Part shown: positions 1 through 10,198 of the stretch, piece by piece
How the letters are laid out: each line of letters opens with the position of its first letter
Position numbering within the stretch: position 1 is the first letter of the stretch
Assembly: GCA_965223265.1 (NCBI GenBank)
Contig: OZ244999.1
Coordinates: 3,104,001-3,168,000, forward strand
Direction: 5' to 3'
DNA: 64,000 nt
Source of the DNA: Planctomycetota bacterium
GTDB taxonomy: Bacteria > Planctomycetota > UBA8108 > SXIK01
Translations under genes and position numbers: made by a program
Notes under the pieces: generated by a model
The model's database searches: none
Seen by the model: the letters and a program-made list of their open reading frames with translations, nothing else
What the model was told of the DNA's origin: nothing

Positions 1-684
1 GTCAGAGTTCCACAGCGCGGTGGCGACGTGGGGTTCGATGTATCCCTGATGAACGCTCGCTGTTTTGAACTCGCGTTCAATCACGACGTCCGCCTGCGAG
101 AAACCTTGATCGATGTCACCCTGCTCGAAGTGTAGATGCTGCGAAATGTTGCTCGGCTTGTCGGCGCTCTTTCCCATTTCATCGGTAAAGACGTCGTCAT
201 GCAGCAGCGGAGCGTCGTCCTCCATCGCGTCGAGCACCCAAGTCACTGCCGGTAGGACTTCGTATTCCACCTTGATCAGTTCTGCGGCCTCTTCAGCGGC
301 GTGAACGGTTTTCGCCGCCACTGCGGCAACGGCGTGTCCTTTGTAGAGGACCTTGTTGTTGGCGAGGACATTGGCTCCCAGGTGGGCGAGGTTGACGGCA
401 CCTTCACCGAGCTCGGCGATCTTGTCTTTGAGATCAGGGAGATCTTTCCCGGTGGCGACGGCGACGACGTCGGGATGCTTCTCTGCGGCGGACGTGTCGA
501 TCGACGTGATCTTGGCATGTGCGTGTGGGCTACGGACGACCCAGCCGTAGACCATGCCAGGTAGCTGAACGTCATTACCGTAGACCGCACGACCTGTCAT
601 CTTGTCGACGCCATCGTGGCGTACGGGGCGCGTCCCGAGAACCTTGTACTCTTTTTTGCTGGCTGCGTCTTTTGTCGTCGTCAT
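1..684 (-). CDS. Xanthine dehydrogenase/CoxL-family molybdopterin-binding subunit (N-terminal part; runs off the window)
   Basis: Not in the ORF track. Manual translation from ATG 684, which overlaps the upstream TGA as ATGA: MTTTKDAASKKEYKVLGTRPVRHDGVDKMTGRAVYGNDVQLPGMVYGWVVRSPHAHAKI...HQGYIEPH. These are typical large-subunit motifs. Confidence 0.93.
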   Translation of the reverse strand, partial: MTTTKDAASKKEYKVLGTRPVRHDGVDKMTGRAVYGNDVQLPGMVYGWVVRSPHAHAKITSIDTSAAEKHPDVVAVATGKDLPDLKDKIAELGEGAVNLAHLGANVLANNKVLYKGHAVAAVAAKTVHAAEEAAELIKVEYEVLPAVTWVLDAMEDDAPLLHDDVFTDEMGKSADKPSNISQHLHFEQGDIDQGFSQADVVIEREFKTASVHQGYIEPHVATALWNSD

Positions 685-1169
685 TTGGATGATTCCTCCG
701 CCAACACGCTCGCCGCCGCCTGGACGGCGCGAACGATCTTGTCGTAACCAGTGCAGCGACACAGATTCCCGGAGAGCTCGAAGCGGATTTCTTGCTCGCT
801 GGGGTTCGAATTGCGATCGAGCAGAGCTTTAGCCGTCATGAGAAATCCAGGGGTGCAGATACCGCACTGCAGTGCAGCCCCCTCGAGAAAGCACTGCTGC
901 ACGGGATGCAGATGCCCGTCGTGGGCTAATCCCTCCACCGTGACGATCTCAGCTCCCTCAGCCTCGACGGCCAGCACGATGCAGCTGTCGACCGGCTCGT
1001 TGTTCATCAGCACCGTGCAGGCGCCGCAGTTACCGTTGTTACAGCCTTCCTTCGTTCCGGTGAGCTTGAGCTCGTCACGGAGCGCCTCAAGAAGGCTTTG
1101 ATGAGGGGCGCAGAGGAATTCTACCGCTTCGCCGTTGATGGTGGTGGAAACGTGAGTCTTTTTCGACAC
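681..1169 (-). CDS. Xanthine dehydrogenase/CoxS-family (2Fe-2S)-binding subunit
   Basis: GTKEGCNNGNCGACTV and QCGICTPG...GNLCRCTGY motifs. Confidence 0.95.
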   Translation of the reverse strand: MSKKTHVSTTINGEAVEFLCAPHQSLLEALRDELKLTGTKEGCNNGNCGACTVLMNNEPVDSCIVLAVEAEGAEIVTVEGLAHDGHLHPVQQCFLEGAALQCGICTPGFLMTAKALLDRNSNPSEQEIRFELSGNLCRCTGYDKIVRAVQAAASVLAEESSK

Positions 1170-1232
1170 CGGTTTGCTTCCTTGATCGTTCTCAGGTGAA
1201 GAGTTCTTCCGACTCGTGACACAAACGGGGCA

Positions 1233-2108
1233 TTAGGCCTGCTGCGCCCTCTCGCAAGCTTTGGCGAGAGCTCGGAACGTTAGGACTCCGACAAGGTGGA
1301 TTCTGTATTCGCGCGGCCCGCGTAGATCGGTGATGGGGTTGGCGACGCTCTTGGCGCGCTCAGCAGCATCGCGAAAGCTTGCTTCCGTGGCAGGTTTGCC
1401 GGTGAGCCAGCGCACCGCGTCGTCGGGTACAACTGGCGTTGGCGCGACGGCGCCGAGGCCAATTCTGACAGCGTCTACGGATTTGCCATCGTCACTGAGG
1501 CGGAGCCAGGCTCCAACACCAGCGACGGCGATGTCCATTTCGTTACGAGGAATGAACCTCAAGTAGTGCGAGCCGCTTCGCGGGGATGGTGGCGGAAGGT
1601 CGATGCGCGAGAGAAACTCTCCCGGCTCCAAGACATTGCGTCCTGGTCCAGTACAGAACTCCGCGGCGGGAACTGCTCGAGTCCCCGAAGGGCCGACGAT
1701 CGTACATGACGCATTCAGAGCAATGAGCGCCGGGATCGAGTCGGCAGCAGGTGACGAGTTGCACAGGTTGCCGCCTATGCTTGCGCGACTCTGTATCTGC
1801 CAGCCACCGATGATGCGAGCCGCGTCTGCCAGTGCAGGGTAAGCCCTCGAGATCCGTTCGTCGCGGTAGATTCGGATGCAGGGGACGGTCGCCCCGAGCC
1901 TCAACCCGTCCTTCTCGGAAAACTCCAGTTCCGTAAGTTCCGGAATGTGTTTGAGGTCGACGACGAGGTCGGCGCTGCGTTGGCCCTCACGGAGCTGCAC
2001 TAAAAGATCAGTACCACCGGCGAGAAACCGCACACCGGTCGCCTTGGAGCGCAGCAGACCGATGGCCTCGGGGAGCGACGCTGGGGCTGCATAGTCGAAA
2101 GTTTTCAC
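1233..2108 (-). CDS. Xanthine dehydrogenase/CoxM-family FAD-binding subunit
   Basis: FDYAAP, LAGGTDL, RASIGGNLCNSSPAAD and GAVAPTP motifs; first gene of the M-S-L operon. Confidence 0.95.
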   Translation of the reverse strand: MKTFDYAAPASLPEAIGLLRSKATGVRFLAGGTDLLVQLREGQRSADLVVDLKHIPELTELEFSEKDGLRLGATVPCIRIYRDERISRAYPALADAARIIGGWQIQSRASIGGNLCNSSPAADSIPALIALNASCTIVGPSGTRAVPAAEFCTGPGRNVLEPGEFLSRIDLPPPSPRSGSHYLRFIPRNEMDIAVAGVGAWLRLSDDGKSVDAVRIGLGAVAPTPVVPDDAVRWLTGKPATEASFRDAAERAKSVANPITDLRGPREYRIHLVGVLTFRALAKACERAQQA

Positions 2109-2324
2109 CCGTCGTTTCCTTGGTTGGTGGGAAAAAGTTCACGTTCGTTTTGGGGGGGGCGACTTCGGCGGCGACTAGATCTCGCTGCCGGAAAGCCGGA
2201 GTCCAGCGAGCTACTATCCGGCATCCTCGCGTCGTCTGTCAAGCAAGGCTGCCGAATCGTCGACAGCTGAACGTGCCGCAGCATCAAAGCTCGACGGCGA
2301 GTCTGCGCTGCGCCCGCGAGCCGC

Positions 2325-3305
2325 TCATTTGTTGAGTGTCAGCGATTGGATCGCATCAGCCCTGCCGAGCGCAATGAAGGAATCTCCTGGCTCGAGTCGC
2401 GTTGTGCTCGGTGGCGGCATCAGGAGCTCTGAGTCGGGCTTGCGGATTCCGATGACGACGATTCCTTGGTCAGTGAACGTCGTCTCGTTGAGCATTTTTC
2501 CAGCGCAGGTGGAGTCATCGTCGACCTGTATCTCCGCCAAGTCGAACTCGCGCTCTCGAGAGGTGAAGATCTCGATGAAGTTTTCCACGTGTGGATTGGC
2601 GAGCAAGCGAGCGAGTTTCACGGCACCGGCGCTGTATGGGCTGACCGTGCCGTTTGCCCCTGCTTTCGATAACTTCTCGCCTTGTTTTGGATCTGACGCC
2701 CGGGCGAGGATTTGTAGGTTCGGTCGAAGCAACCGCGCCGAGAACACCACAAAGAGGTTGCCTGCATCCGTACCCAAAACTGTCGCGAGACCTCTGGCAT
2801 GTTCGATTCCCGCGGCGGTCAGAGTCTCGTCTTCAGTCGCATCTCCAACGAGGAAGTGCCAACCTCTCGTCTCGCAGCCGGAGAGGAGGTCCGCGTCTCG
2901 ATCGACCACAACAAACGGCAGGTTGTGCTCAGATAGTTGCGAGCAGAGGCTTTGCCCCATGCGCCCGAAGCCGCAGATAATGAAGTGATGCCGAAGAGAT
3001 TTCAGGGCGGCGTCCATCTTACGATTTTCGAACCAGTGGTTGAGTTGGTTGCTAACGATGAGCTCGCCAAGACTGACGAGGCTGTAGAGAAACACGCCGA
3101 GCCCCAAGGCGAGAAACACCATGAGAAAGGCGCGCCCTGCCGTAGAGAGCTCGTAGATTTCGCTGTACCCAACGGTCGTCAAGCTGATGACCGTCATGTA
3201 AAGCGCATCGAACCAGTCGTAGTCGTCCTCGATGAACCATATGCCGAACGTTCCCAGCGAGGTCAGGGCGGCGAGGAGCGCCGAAACCTGCAGAATCTTT
3301 CTCAT
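2325..3305 (-). CDS. Potassium channel protein (2TM pore plus TrkA-N/TrkA-C RCK domains)
   Basis: Pore signature TTVGYSE, IICGFGRMG Rossmann fold, GDAT. Start taken at MRKILQ (3305); the upstream ORF extension lies inside a repeat element. Confidence 0.92.
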   Translation of the reverse strand: MRKILQVSALLAALTSLGTFGIWFIEDDYDWFDALYMTVISLTTVGYSEIYELSTAGRAFLMVFLALGLGVFLYSLVSLGELIVSNQLNHWFENRKMDAALKSLRHHFIICGFGRMGQSLCSQLSEHNLPFVVVDRDADLLSGCETRGWHFLVGDATEDETLTAAGIEHARGLATVLGTDAGNLFVVFSARLLRPNLQILARASDPKQGEKLSKAGANGTVSPYSAGAVKLARLLANPHVENFIEIFTSREREFDLAEIQVDDDSTCAGKMLNETTFTDQGIVVIGIRKPDSELLMPPPSTTRLEPGDSFIALGRADAIQSLTLNK

Positions 3306-3485
3306 AGTAGCGCGCTGAAAAAGTGCTTCGAGCTGAAAACTGGTCGCCTTGCATCCAACTGCTCCGCGGCGAACGTACCTGGTCTCCAAGCTCGCTTGAG
3401 GACAGCATGGCGAGGCGCGTTGCGGCTGAACTGGATGTGAAGAGGCCGGCTTCCCAGTCGAACGACTTTTTCAACGGACGGGTAG
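3304..3485. mobile_element. MITE-like palindromic element, copy A (degenerate)
   Basis: Ends TAGCGCGCTGAAAAAGT ... ACTTTTTCAACGGACGG, flanked by ATAG/GTAG. Shares TGAAAAAGTGCTTCGAGCTGAAAACTGGTCG exactly with the reverse complement of copy B. Confidence 0.75.
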
Positions 3486-3507
3486 CGATCCAATCCATCG
3501 CTGGACT

Positions 3508-4620
3508 CTACCGCGGACGCGGACATGACGACCCTCTTGCGTAGTGTTCGAGTTTTTTCAGGTCGATCTCGACTCCGAGGCCGGGGGCTTCAGGAACTCG
3601 CATGCGGCCGCGGCAGATTTCGAACGGGACCACCGTAATGTCTGACTCGAGCCCATAGTACGTACAGTCGTTCGCCAGCGTGAAAGCCGGCGTTGACACG
3701 ACGATATGGAGCATCGCTGCGGTCTTTAGGCCGAAGTCGTGCGCGCAGTGCATGACACACGGTCGACGGGCGGCTGCCGCAATGGTAGCGACTTTGCGCA
3801 CGCCAAGGATGCCACCGCACTGATAGGTGTCCGGAAGCAGGACTGCGGCGGCGTCGGCGCGCACTATGTCCAGGGCGACCTCAGGGGTGGTCACCGACTC
3901 GTTGAGGGCTATTGGCGTACTCGTCGCGCGGCGCAGTTGCGCTGCTTCCGCGATCAACTCTCTGTCCATCGGTTGCTCGAGATACTCGAGCGCGAAGGGT
4001 TCCAAGTCACGAGCAAGGGACTTGGCGACGTCCGGCGAGTAGCCCTGATTTGGGTCTATCCTCAGTTTTAGTCGGTCGCCCACGGCATCGCGAACGCCGC
4101 GGACCATTTCGAGATCCTCTGCGGCGGAGCGACCTGCCTTCGTCTTCAGGGTCGAGAACCCCATGTCGGTGTAGTGTCTGGCGATCTCGCCGGCGCGATC
4201 GTATGGCTGGATTCCCATGCAAGCGGCAAGCTCGATCTCCTTGGCGCGCACGGCGCCACCGAGGAGTTGGTAGAGTGGTTGACCGCACACCTTGCCGGCA
4301 ATGTCCCAAAGCGCCATCTCGATGCCCGACTGCAGGTGGTCGTCCTGCAATCCGGCGTCGACGTAGAGCCGTTCGATCTCGAATGGGTCCCAGCCCTGCA
4401 GGCGGGAATTCAGTTCATCGCCTTCTGCGCCAGAAAACGGTCCTGCATCTACGTAGAGTCGCTGGGGGGTCTCGCCCCAGCCGACGATCCCGCCGTCTGT
4501 CTCCACGCGTACGATCAAGGCAGCGCTGCTGGTGCCGGCGCGGTAGCGGTTTTCGTAGGGGGCGATCGGCGCGATTTGCGGTACATCGATGAGCCAGGTC
4601 TGGACGCTGTCGATCTTCAT
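3508..4620 (-). CDS. Mandelate racemase/muconate lactonizing (enolase superfamily) enzyme
   Basis: GIVGWGE, ALWDIAGK, KxK (LKTKAG), DPNQ/EQP/NES metal ligands, PGLGVE; start at MKIDSV. Confidence 0.92.
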   Translation of the reverse strand: MKIDSVQTWLIDVPQIAPIAPYENRYRAGTSSAALIVRVETDGGIVGWGETPQRLYVDAGPFSGAEGDELNSRLQGWDPFEIERLYVDAGLQDDHLQSGIEMALWDIAGKVCGQPLYQLLGGAVRAKEIELAACMGIQPYDRAGEIARHYTDMGFSTLKTKAGRSAAEDLEMVRGVRDAVGDRLKLRIDPNQGYSPDVAKSLARDLEPFALEYLEQPMDRELIAEAAQLRRATSTPIALNESVTTPEVALDIVRADAAAVLLPDTYQCGGILGVRKVATIAAAARRPCVMHCAHDFGLKTAAMLHIVVSTPAFTLANDCTYYGLESDITVVPFEICRGRMRVPEAPGLGVEIDLKKLEHYARGSSCPRPR

Positions 4621-4903
4621 AGCTCTTCGTCGCGGTTCGGAGCCTACCACGACTCTTGTCGCGATTTTTGTCGAATCGGATCGGCCGTTGCTTGTCGATC
4701 GAGTAAGTGGCGTGCTATCCGATCACTCAACGACGCCGCAGGATAGCACTTGACGAGCGTAGGTGGCAACGGCGAGTCTGGCGCCGGCGTCGACGCGGTC
4801 CCAACTGGCGGTGGAGGCAACCTTCCACGCGCAGATGTCGGGTACCCACGGCTCAAGTTCCGACGCGTTGAAACCAACTCCTTCTGTTACGCGATCAGCC
4901 GCC

Positions 4904-6448
4904 ATGACGAATCTCGATTGGGGTGTTGTTCTCCTCTACCTTGTCGGTCTTTTCTGTCTGGGAGTGCGTTTCTCGAGACAGCAATCTTCGACCGAAGAGT
5001 ACTTTCTTGCCGGCAGGAGACTCCCTGCGTGGCTGGCTGGGATTAGCGCTCTCGCAACTCTTCTCTCGACGGTGAGCTACTTGGCGATTCCTGGAGAAAC
5101 GATCAGGAACGGGATCGGTCTCTACGTCTCACTGTTGGCGTTCGTCGGCATCATTCCCGTCGTCAACCGTGTCATGATCCCTTTCCTCATGCGTCTCAAG
5201 GTCACGAGCATCTACGACTACTTGCAGCGTCGCTTTGGACGCCCGACGCGGCTTCTGGGTGCGAGTGTGTTCGTCATCACCCGTTTCGTTTGGATGGGGC
5301 TGATTCTCTACACCGCGTCAGTGGCGATCAACGGCGTGACGGGGTGGCGCACCGAGTGGTTGGTCGTCGTTATGGGCGCTGTGACGACGATCTACACCGC
5401 TTTCGGCGGTCTGCGAGCTGTGGTTTGGTCGGATTGCCTTCAGTTCGTGCTGCTGTTCGGCGGCGCGGTGTTTATTCCCATCTATATCGCGCTGCAGTTG
5501 CACGCCGGACCGGCGACTTGGTGGGAGGTCTTCAGCGATGCGGAGCGGAGCGAACTGACGTTTTTCAGCTTCGATTTCTTCGAGCGCATCACCGTCGTCG
5601 GCATCATTCTCGAGGTGTTCGTGTGGAACATCTGCACGCACGGATCCGATCAAGTCGCGGCGCAGCGCTACATCAGCACCCCGTCGCTGCGCGCCGCGCG
5701 TCGTTCTGTGTGGGTGTTCTCGATCGCCAACATAGCGTTGATCCTGTTGCTCGTCGTCTGCGGTCTTGCACTCTTCTACTTCTACTACATACGATCCGGT
5801 GAGACGCTTGCGGTGTTCGAGGTCGGCATCAAAGAGGGTGCGGACAAGATTCTCCCGAGATTCATCGGCGCGGAGTTGCCTGCCGGAGTCTCGGGACTTT
5901 TGATTTCTGCCCTCCTGGCGGCTGCTATGTCGAGTTTGAGCTCGGGTGTCAATTCCGTATGCACCGTTTTTCTCACCGATTTCGTGTCGAAGCGCGATCA
6001 GTCGCGCGGCTTGGCGGCACCGATTTGGCTGTCGCTCGTCGTCGGGGTCGCCTCGGTCGCCGCGTCGATTGCGATCATCAAGCTGAAAGCAAGCGCAGGG
6101 GAAGACTGGAACCTCACCGACTTGATTCATCGGGTCAACCATCTCTTCGTTGCGCCTTTGGGGGCGCTTTTCTTTGCAGGGATTTGGTTTCGGCGTGCCG
6201 GCCAAACGGCCGTGCTATGTGGTTTCGCGTGTGGAGCTGTGACAGGACTGTTGATTTCGTTCAGTCGAGAGTTCTTCGACCTGGAGCGCCACGTGTCGTT
6301 CACTTGGATCATGCCAGCCGGGTTCGCCGTCACTCTGGTCGTTACATTCGCCTGCGCATTTCTTTTCGAGCCACCGAGACCGAGTCAACTGAGCGTTCTC
6401 GAGGACGCACCCACGAACAGTCCGGTTGATCTGCCACGTCGCGGGTGA
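4904..6448 (+). CDS. Sodium:solute symporter (SSS family)
   Basis: EEYFLAGR, GGLRAVVWSD, DQVAAQRY and AAAMSSLSSGVNS motifs; many TM helices; start at MTNLDW. Confidence 0.93.
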   Translation: MTNLDWGVVLLYLVGLFCLGVRFSRQQSSTEEYFLAGRRLPAWLAGISALATLLSTVSYLAIPGETIRNGIGLYVSLLAFVGIIPVVNRVMIPFLMRLKVTSIYDYLQRRFGRPTRLLGASVFVITRFVWMGLILYTASVAINGVTGWRTEWLVVVMGAVTTIYTAFGGLRAVVWSDCLQFVLLFGGAVFIPIYIALQLHAGPATWWEVFSDAERSELTFFSFDFFERITVVGIILEVFVWNICTHGSDQVAAQRYISTPSLRAARRSVWVFSIANIALILLLVVCGLALFYFYYIRSGETLAVFEVGIKEGADKILPRFIGAELPAGVSGLLISALLAAAMSSLSSGVNSVCTVFLTDFVSKRDQSRGLAAPIWLSLVVGVASVAASIAIIKLKASAGEDWNLTDLIHRVNHLFVAPLGALFFAGIWFRRAGQTAVLCGFACGAVTGLLISFSREFFDLERHVSFTWIMPAGFAVTLVVTFACAFLFEPPRPSQLSVLEDAPTNSPVDLPRRG

Positions 6449-6520
6449 GTAGGCTCTTGGCGGATTGGATCGCTGTGCCGTCGATCCGCTGCCGTCCGTC
6501 AGGCATTTCGAGGTTTTTCG

Positions 6521-8176
6521 ATGTCGCCCACTTGGATCACCGTCGGAGTCCTACTCGCAGGGGTTATCACGGTTGTCGGAGGCGTGCTCCTCCTGCGCCT
6601 GCATGCGTTCTTGGCGTTGATTTTTGGTGCGCTCGTGGTGGGCGCGTTGACGCCAACGGACATCCGTGAGCGCGTCGCCTTGGAGCGCGCCGCAGTCGAG
6701 ATCAAAAGCGTCGACGCTCTCAGCGGAGTCGTCGAGCTGCAGGCCGATGCGACCGTGGGGGAGTCTTTCGTCGTCCTGCGGCAGGACTCGGGCGGCAGGT
6801 TTGAGTCCGTTGGATCGGTGGTTGTCGACGCGATTTCGCCTGGTGCGGCCCGCGGTCGCTTTGTTGCGCTCACCGCGGGCGCTGCGCCATCTTCCTCGGA
6901 TCTCATCCTCAGAGCTGGGTCGGAGCCGCAAGCCAGGCGCACGGCACGCCAGAGTGTCGGCGAACGGGTGGCCCGTGGATTCGGTGACACTTGTGCCAAG
7001 ATCGGCATCTTGATTGCGATGGCCGCCATCATCGGCAAGTGCCTGCTCGAGAGCGGTGCCGCCGATCGCATCGTCCGTGCCGGATTGTCGATTTGCGGCG
7101 AGCGAGGCGCGCCCTTGGCTTTTCTCTTCAGCGGATTCTTACTCGGGATTCCAGTCTTTTTCGATACGGTCTTCTACCTCATGGTGCCGCTTGGCAAAGC
7201 TCTGTACATGCGCACCAAGAAGCACTACTTGCTGTATGTCTTGACGATCGTTGCTGGCGCCACCATGGCTCATTCACTCGTGCCGCCAACACCGGGACCT
7301 CTCTTCGTCGCCGAACAGCTCGGGGTCGACCTTGGTGCGATGATTCTCGGCGGCTGCATCGTCGGCCTGTGTGCCGCCGGCGCGGGGTGTGTTTTTTGCT
7401 TCTTCATGGATCGTCGTCATGAACTACCTCTGCGAGAGACGGGGGACGCGTCGCTCGAACAACTCGAAGCGTTAACCCAGCGCGACACACGTGATTTGCC
7501 GGGGTTCGCGATCTCGGTCACCCCGATCGTTCTCCCGGTGGTGCTCATCACGGCGGCGACGCTACTGAAAAATGTTGGCGACGGGGTACCCGCGAGTCTC
7601 AAGGCGTTCGTCACGACAATGGGGAATAAGAACATGGCTCTCACTGCCGCCGCGGTGATCGCCATGATCACTTTGGTCGTTCAGACTCGTTCGAAACTGC
7701 AGCAACTTGCGGCTTCGGTGCAGTCGGCGCTGGCGAGCGGAGGCACGATCATCCTCATCACTGCCGGTGGTGGGGCGTTTGGTGGCATGCTCCGCGACAC
7801 GGGCATCACAACCCTCATCAACGACCTGCCGCAGGTGTCACCGCAGGTGACTCTCATTCTCGCCTTTCTCGTCACCACGGCGATTCGAACCGCGCAGGGA
7901 TCCGCGACCGTGGCGATGATCACGTCTGTCGCGATCCTCTCCGGTTTGGCGACAGATGGTGAACTCGGCTTCCATCCCGTATACCTTGCGCTGGCAATTG
8001 GCTGCGGTTCGAAACCGATCGCGTGGATGAACGACAGCGGTTTCTGGGTGATCGGAAAAATGAGCGGCATGACCGAGATCGAGACACTCAAGTACGTCAC
8101 ACCTCTCAGCGTCATCATGGGGATCTCTGGGCTGGCGGTCGTGCTCGTTGCTGTGACGATCCTGCCACTCGCTTGA
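6521..8176 (+). CDS. GntP-family gluconate/sugar-acid:H+ permease with an inserted soluble domain
   Basis: LRLHAFLAL, GIPVFFD, HSLVPPTPGP, AQGSATVAM, NDSGFW. Confidence 0.92.
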   Translation: MSPTWITVGVLLAGVITVVGGVLLLRLHAFLALIFGALVVGALTPTDIRERVALERAAVEIKSVDALSGVVELQADATVGESFVVLRQDSGGRFESVGSVVVDAISPGAARGRFVALTAGAAPSSSDLILRAGSEPQARRTARQSVGERVARGFGDTCAKIGILIAMAAIIGKCLLESGAADRIVRAGLSICGERGAPLAFLFSGFLLGIPVFFDTVFYLMVPLGKALYMRTKKHYLLYVLTIVAGATMAHSLVPPTPGPLFVAEQLGVDLGAMILGGCIVGLCAAGAGCVFCFFMDRRHELPLRETGDASLEQLEALTQRDTRDLPGFAISVTPIVLPVVLITAATLLKNVGDGVPASLKAFVTTMGNKNMALTAAAVIAMITLVVQTRSKLQQLAASVQSALASGGTIILITAGGGAFGGMLRDTGITTLINDLPQVSPQVTLILAFLVTTAIRTAQGSATVAMITSVAILSGLATDGELGFHPVYLALAIGCGSKPIAWMNDSGFWVIGKMSGMTEIETLKYVTPLSVIMGISGLAVVLVAVTILPLA

Positions 8177-8320
8177 GTCCGACTTGTCCGGATGTGGATG
8201 TGAGTTTTGGGAACATGATGATCTGCGCTGAGTGGTGTGGACGCACAGTTCAGCCGGGACGGTGTCTATATATCCACTTGTCGTCGGGTCATCGGACATA
8301 TACAACGGTGGGAATGAAGT

Positions 8321-9400
8321 TTGCGAGGATTCAATGCCATGGCTAACGACACTGTCCGACTCGGCTTCATTGGTGCGGGGGCGATCTGTCGGGATCGACA
8401 CCTCCCGAACCTGCAAGGCATGTCCGGTGTCGAGTTTGCGTGCGTTTGCAATCGGTCGGAGGGTAGCGGACGCCGTGTCGCCGAAAAGTGGGGCTTCGCT
8501 GAAGTCGAAACCGACTGGCGCCGACTCGTCTCGCGGGAAGACATCGACGCGGTGTTCATCGGCACGTGGCCATACATGCACCAGGAGATGTCGCGCGCGA
8601 TTCTTGAGGCCGGAAAGCACGTTTTTTGTCAGGCTCGCATGTGCATGAACTGGCATGAGACGCTCGACATGTGCGCTGCGGCAAAGGAACACTCCGGGCT
8701 CGTTCACATGATCTGTCCACCGCCGCAGCGACTGCCATGGGAGAGGCTCATTCGTCGGCTTGTCGGCTCGGACGAGTTCGGCGAGCTCGTCGACGTCCGC
8801 CTCGAGTGCATCAATGGATCGAACCTCAAGCGCGACGCCGTCACCTGGCGCGAGCGCCTCGACTTGAGCGGTATCCAAGTTATGCAGGTCGGAATTTACG
8901 CTGAGACGCTCAACGCTTGGGTAGGAGACTACGCGCACCTCGCGGCGGTCACCTCGACACCGATCGCTTCGAAGAAGGGTGACGATGGCAAGCCGTACGC
9001 CATTGGGATCCCGCAGATCGTGACGGTGCAAGGTGTGCTGCAAAACGGTGCGACAGTCACTGAACACCACTCAGGTGTCGCGGTCGGATTCTCTCGCGCT
9101 GAAGTGACACTTTTTGGGTCGAAGGGGACGCTTCACCTTGATGTTGACACCGGGGCGCTGTCGCTTGCGACCTCGGGGAAAGAGTTGAAACCGTTTCAGC
9201 CTGCGGCCGATCAACTCGATGGCTGGCGCGTTGAAGAGGACTTCATTGCAGCGGTGCGTGCGGCACGCCAAGGCAGTAGTTGGCAGGTGTCACCTGATTA
9301 CTTCGAGGGCGCCCGGTACATGCGGAAGATGCAGGCGATCCACGACTCCGCGACAAGTGGCCAAACGATCGATCTTGACGCAGTCTTCCCGCTGCCATGA
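8321..9400 (+). CDS. Gfo/Idh/MocA-family oxidoreductase
   Basis: RLGFIGAG, DAVFIGTWPYMH, GKHVFCQARM; start may be ATG 8339. Confidence 0.9.
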   Translation: MRGFNAMANDTVRLGFIGAGAICRDRHLPNLQGMSGVEFACVCNRSEGSGRRVAEKWGFAEVETDWRRLVSREDIDAVFIGTWPYMHQEMSRAILEAGKHVFCQARMCMNWHETLDMCAAAKEHSGLVHMICPPPQRLPWERLIRRLVGSDEFGELVDVRLECINGSNLKRDAVTWRERLDLSGIQVMQVGIYAETLNAWVGDYAHLAAVTSTPIASKKGDDGKPYAIGIPQIVTVQGVLQNGATVTEHHSGVAVGFSRAEVTLFGSKGTLHLDVDTGALSLATSGKELKPFQPAADQLDGWRVEEDFIAAVRAARQGSSWQVSPDYFEGARYMRKMQAIHDSATSGQTIDLDAVFPLP

Positions 9401-9437
9401 CGATTTGATTGTCGGTTGCGAGGCGCCGGCGGGACAC

Positions 9438-10157
9438 TCACGCCTCGCTGGGAAACGGATTGGTTCCCCAGATGTCCATGTCACGAAAGAGCGTGCGGCC
9501 CGGCAGGCGACATAAGTGGACAATGGTGTCGGCGACGTCGCACGCGTGAAGGTGGAGCCCAGGACCATGTTCTGGCCCCGAGTCATCACCGGTGTTGATA
9601 CTGCTCGGATTGAGGATCATGACTCGGATGTTGCTGCGGCGAACTTCCTTCAACAGCGATTGCGAAAATCCTTGTAGGCCAAACTTGCTTGCCGAGTAGG
9701 CGGCCGATCCAGGGTCGCCGCTCTTGCCGCTCATCGAGCTGATCATGAAAATGTCGCCGCGGCCACGACGGCGCATTCCCGGCAGAAACGCGCGCGTCGT
9801 CAAGTAAACGCCAGTCAAGTTCGTGCCGATGACCTCGTTCCACAGATCGAGCTCGAGGTCGTCGACCGGGGCGAAGCGCATCGCCGCGGCATTGTTGACT
9901 AGGATATCGAGCTCGCCGAGCTCGTCCGTCACCCGCTTTGCCATCGATTCAATCGCAGCCGGATCGTTTTGATCGCAAACGAACGCATAGCATCGCGGGC
10001 CGACGCTCGCAGCTGCCGCTGACAACGCGGCGCTGCTTCGAGAGGTGATCGCGACAATCGCACCCGCTTCGTGCAGAGCGCGGGCTGTGTGGAGGCCTAG
10101 CCCGCGGCCCCCTCCGGTGACGAGGGCGACTTTGTTGTCGATCGTTTCAAGTGTCAT
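9438..10157 (-). CDS. SDR-family oxidoreductase
   Basis: TGGGRGLG, NNAA, YSASK. Confidence 0.93.
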   Translation of the reverse strand: MTLETIDNKVALVTGGGRGLGLHTARALHEAGAIVAITSRSSAALSAAAASVGPRCYAFVCDQNDPAAIESMAKRVTDELGELDILVNNAAAMRFAPVDDLELDLWNEVIGTNLTGVYLTTRAFLPGMRRRGRGDIFMISSMSGKSGDPGSAAYSASKFGLQGFSQSLLKEVRRSNIRVMILNPSSINTGDDSGPEHGPGLHLHACDVADTIVHLCRLPGRTLFRDMDIWGTNPFPSEA

Positions 10158-10198
10158 TGTCGAGTCAGCTGGGTGTGTTCAGGGTTGGTGTGCCACGG

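Noticed and set aside
1-2108. Aerobic CO dehydrogenase or selenium-dependent hydroxylase assignment
   Set aside because: The active-site loop of the large subunit lies outside the window, and no accessory genes are visible.
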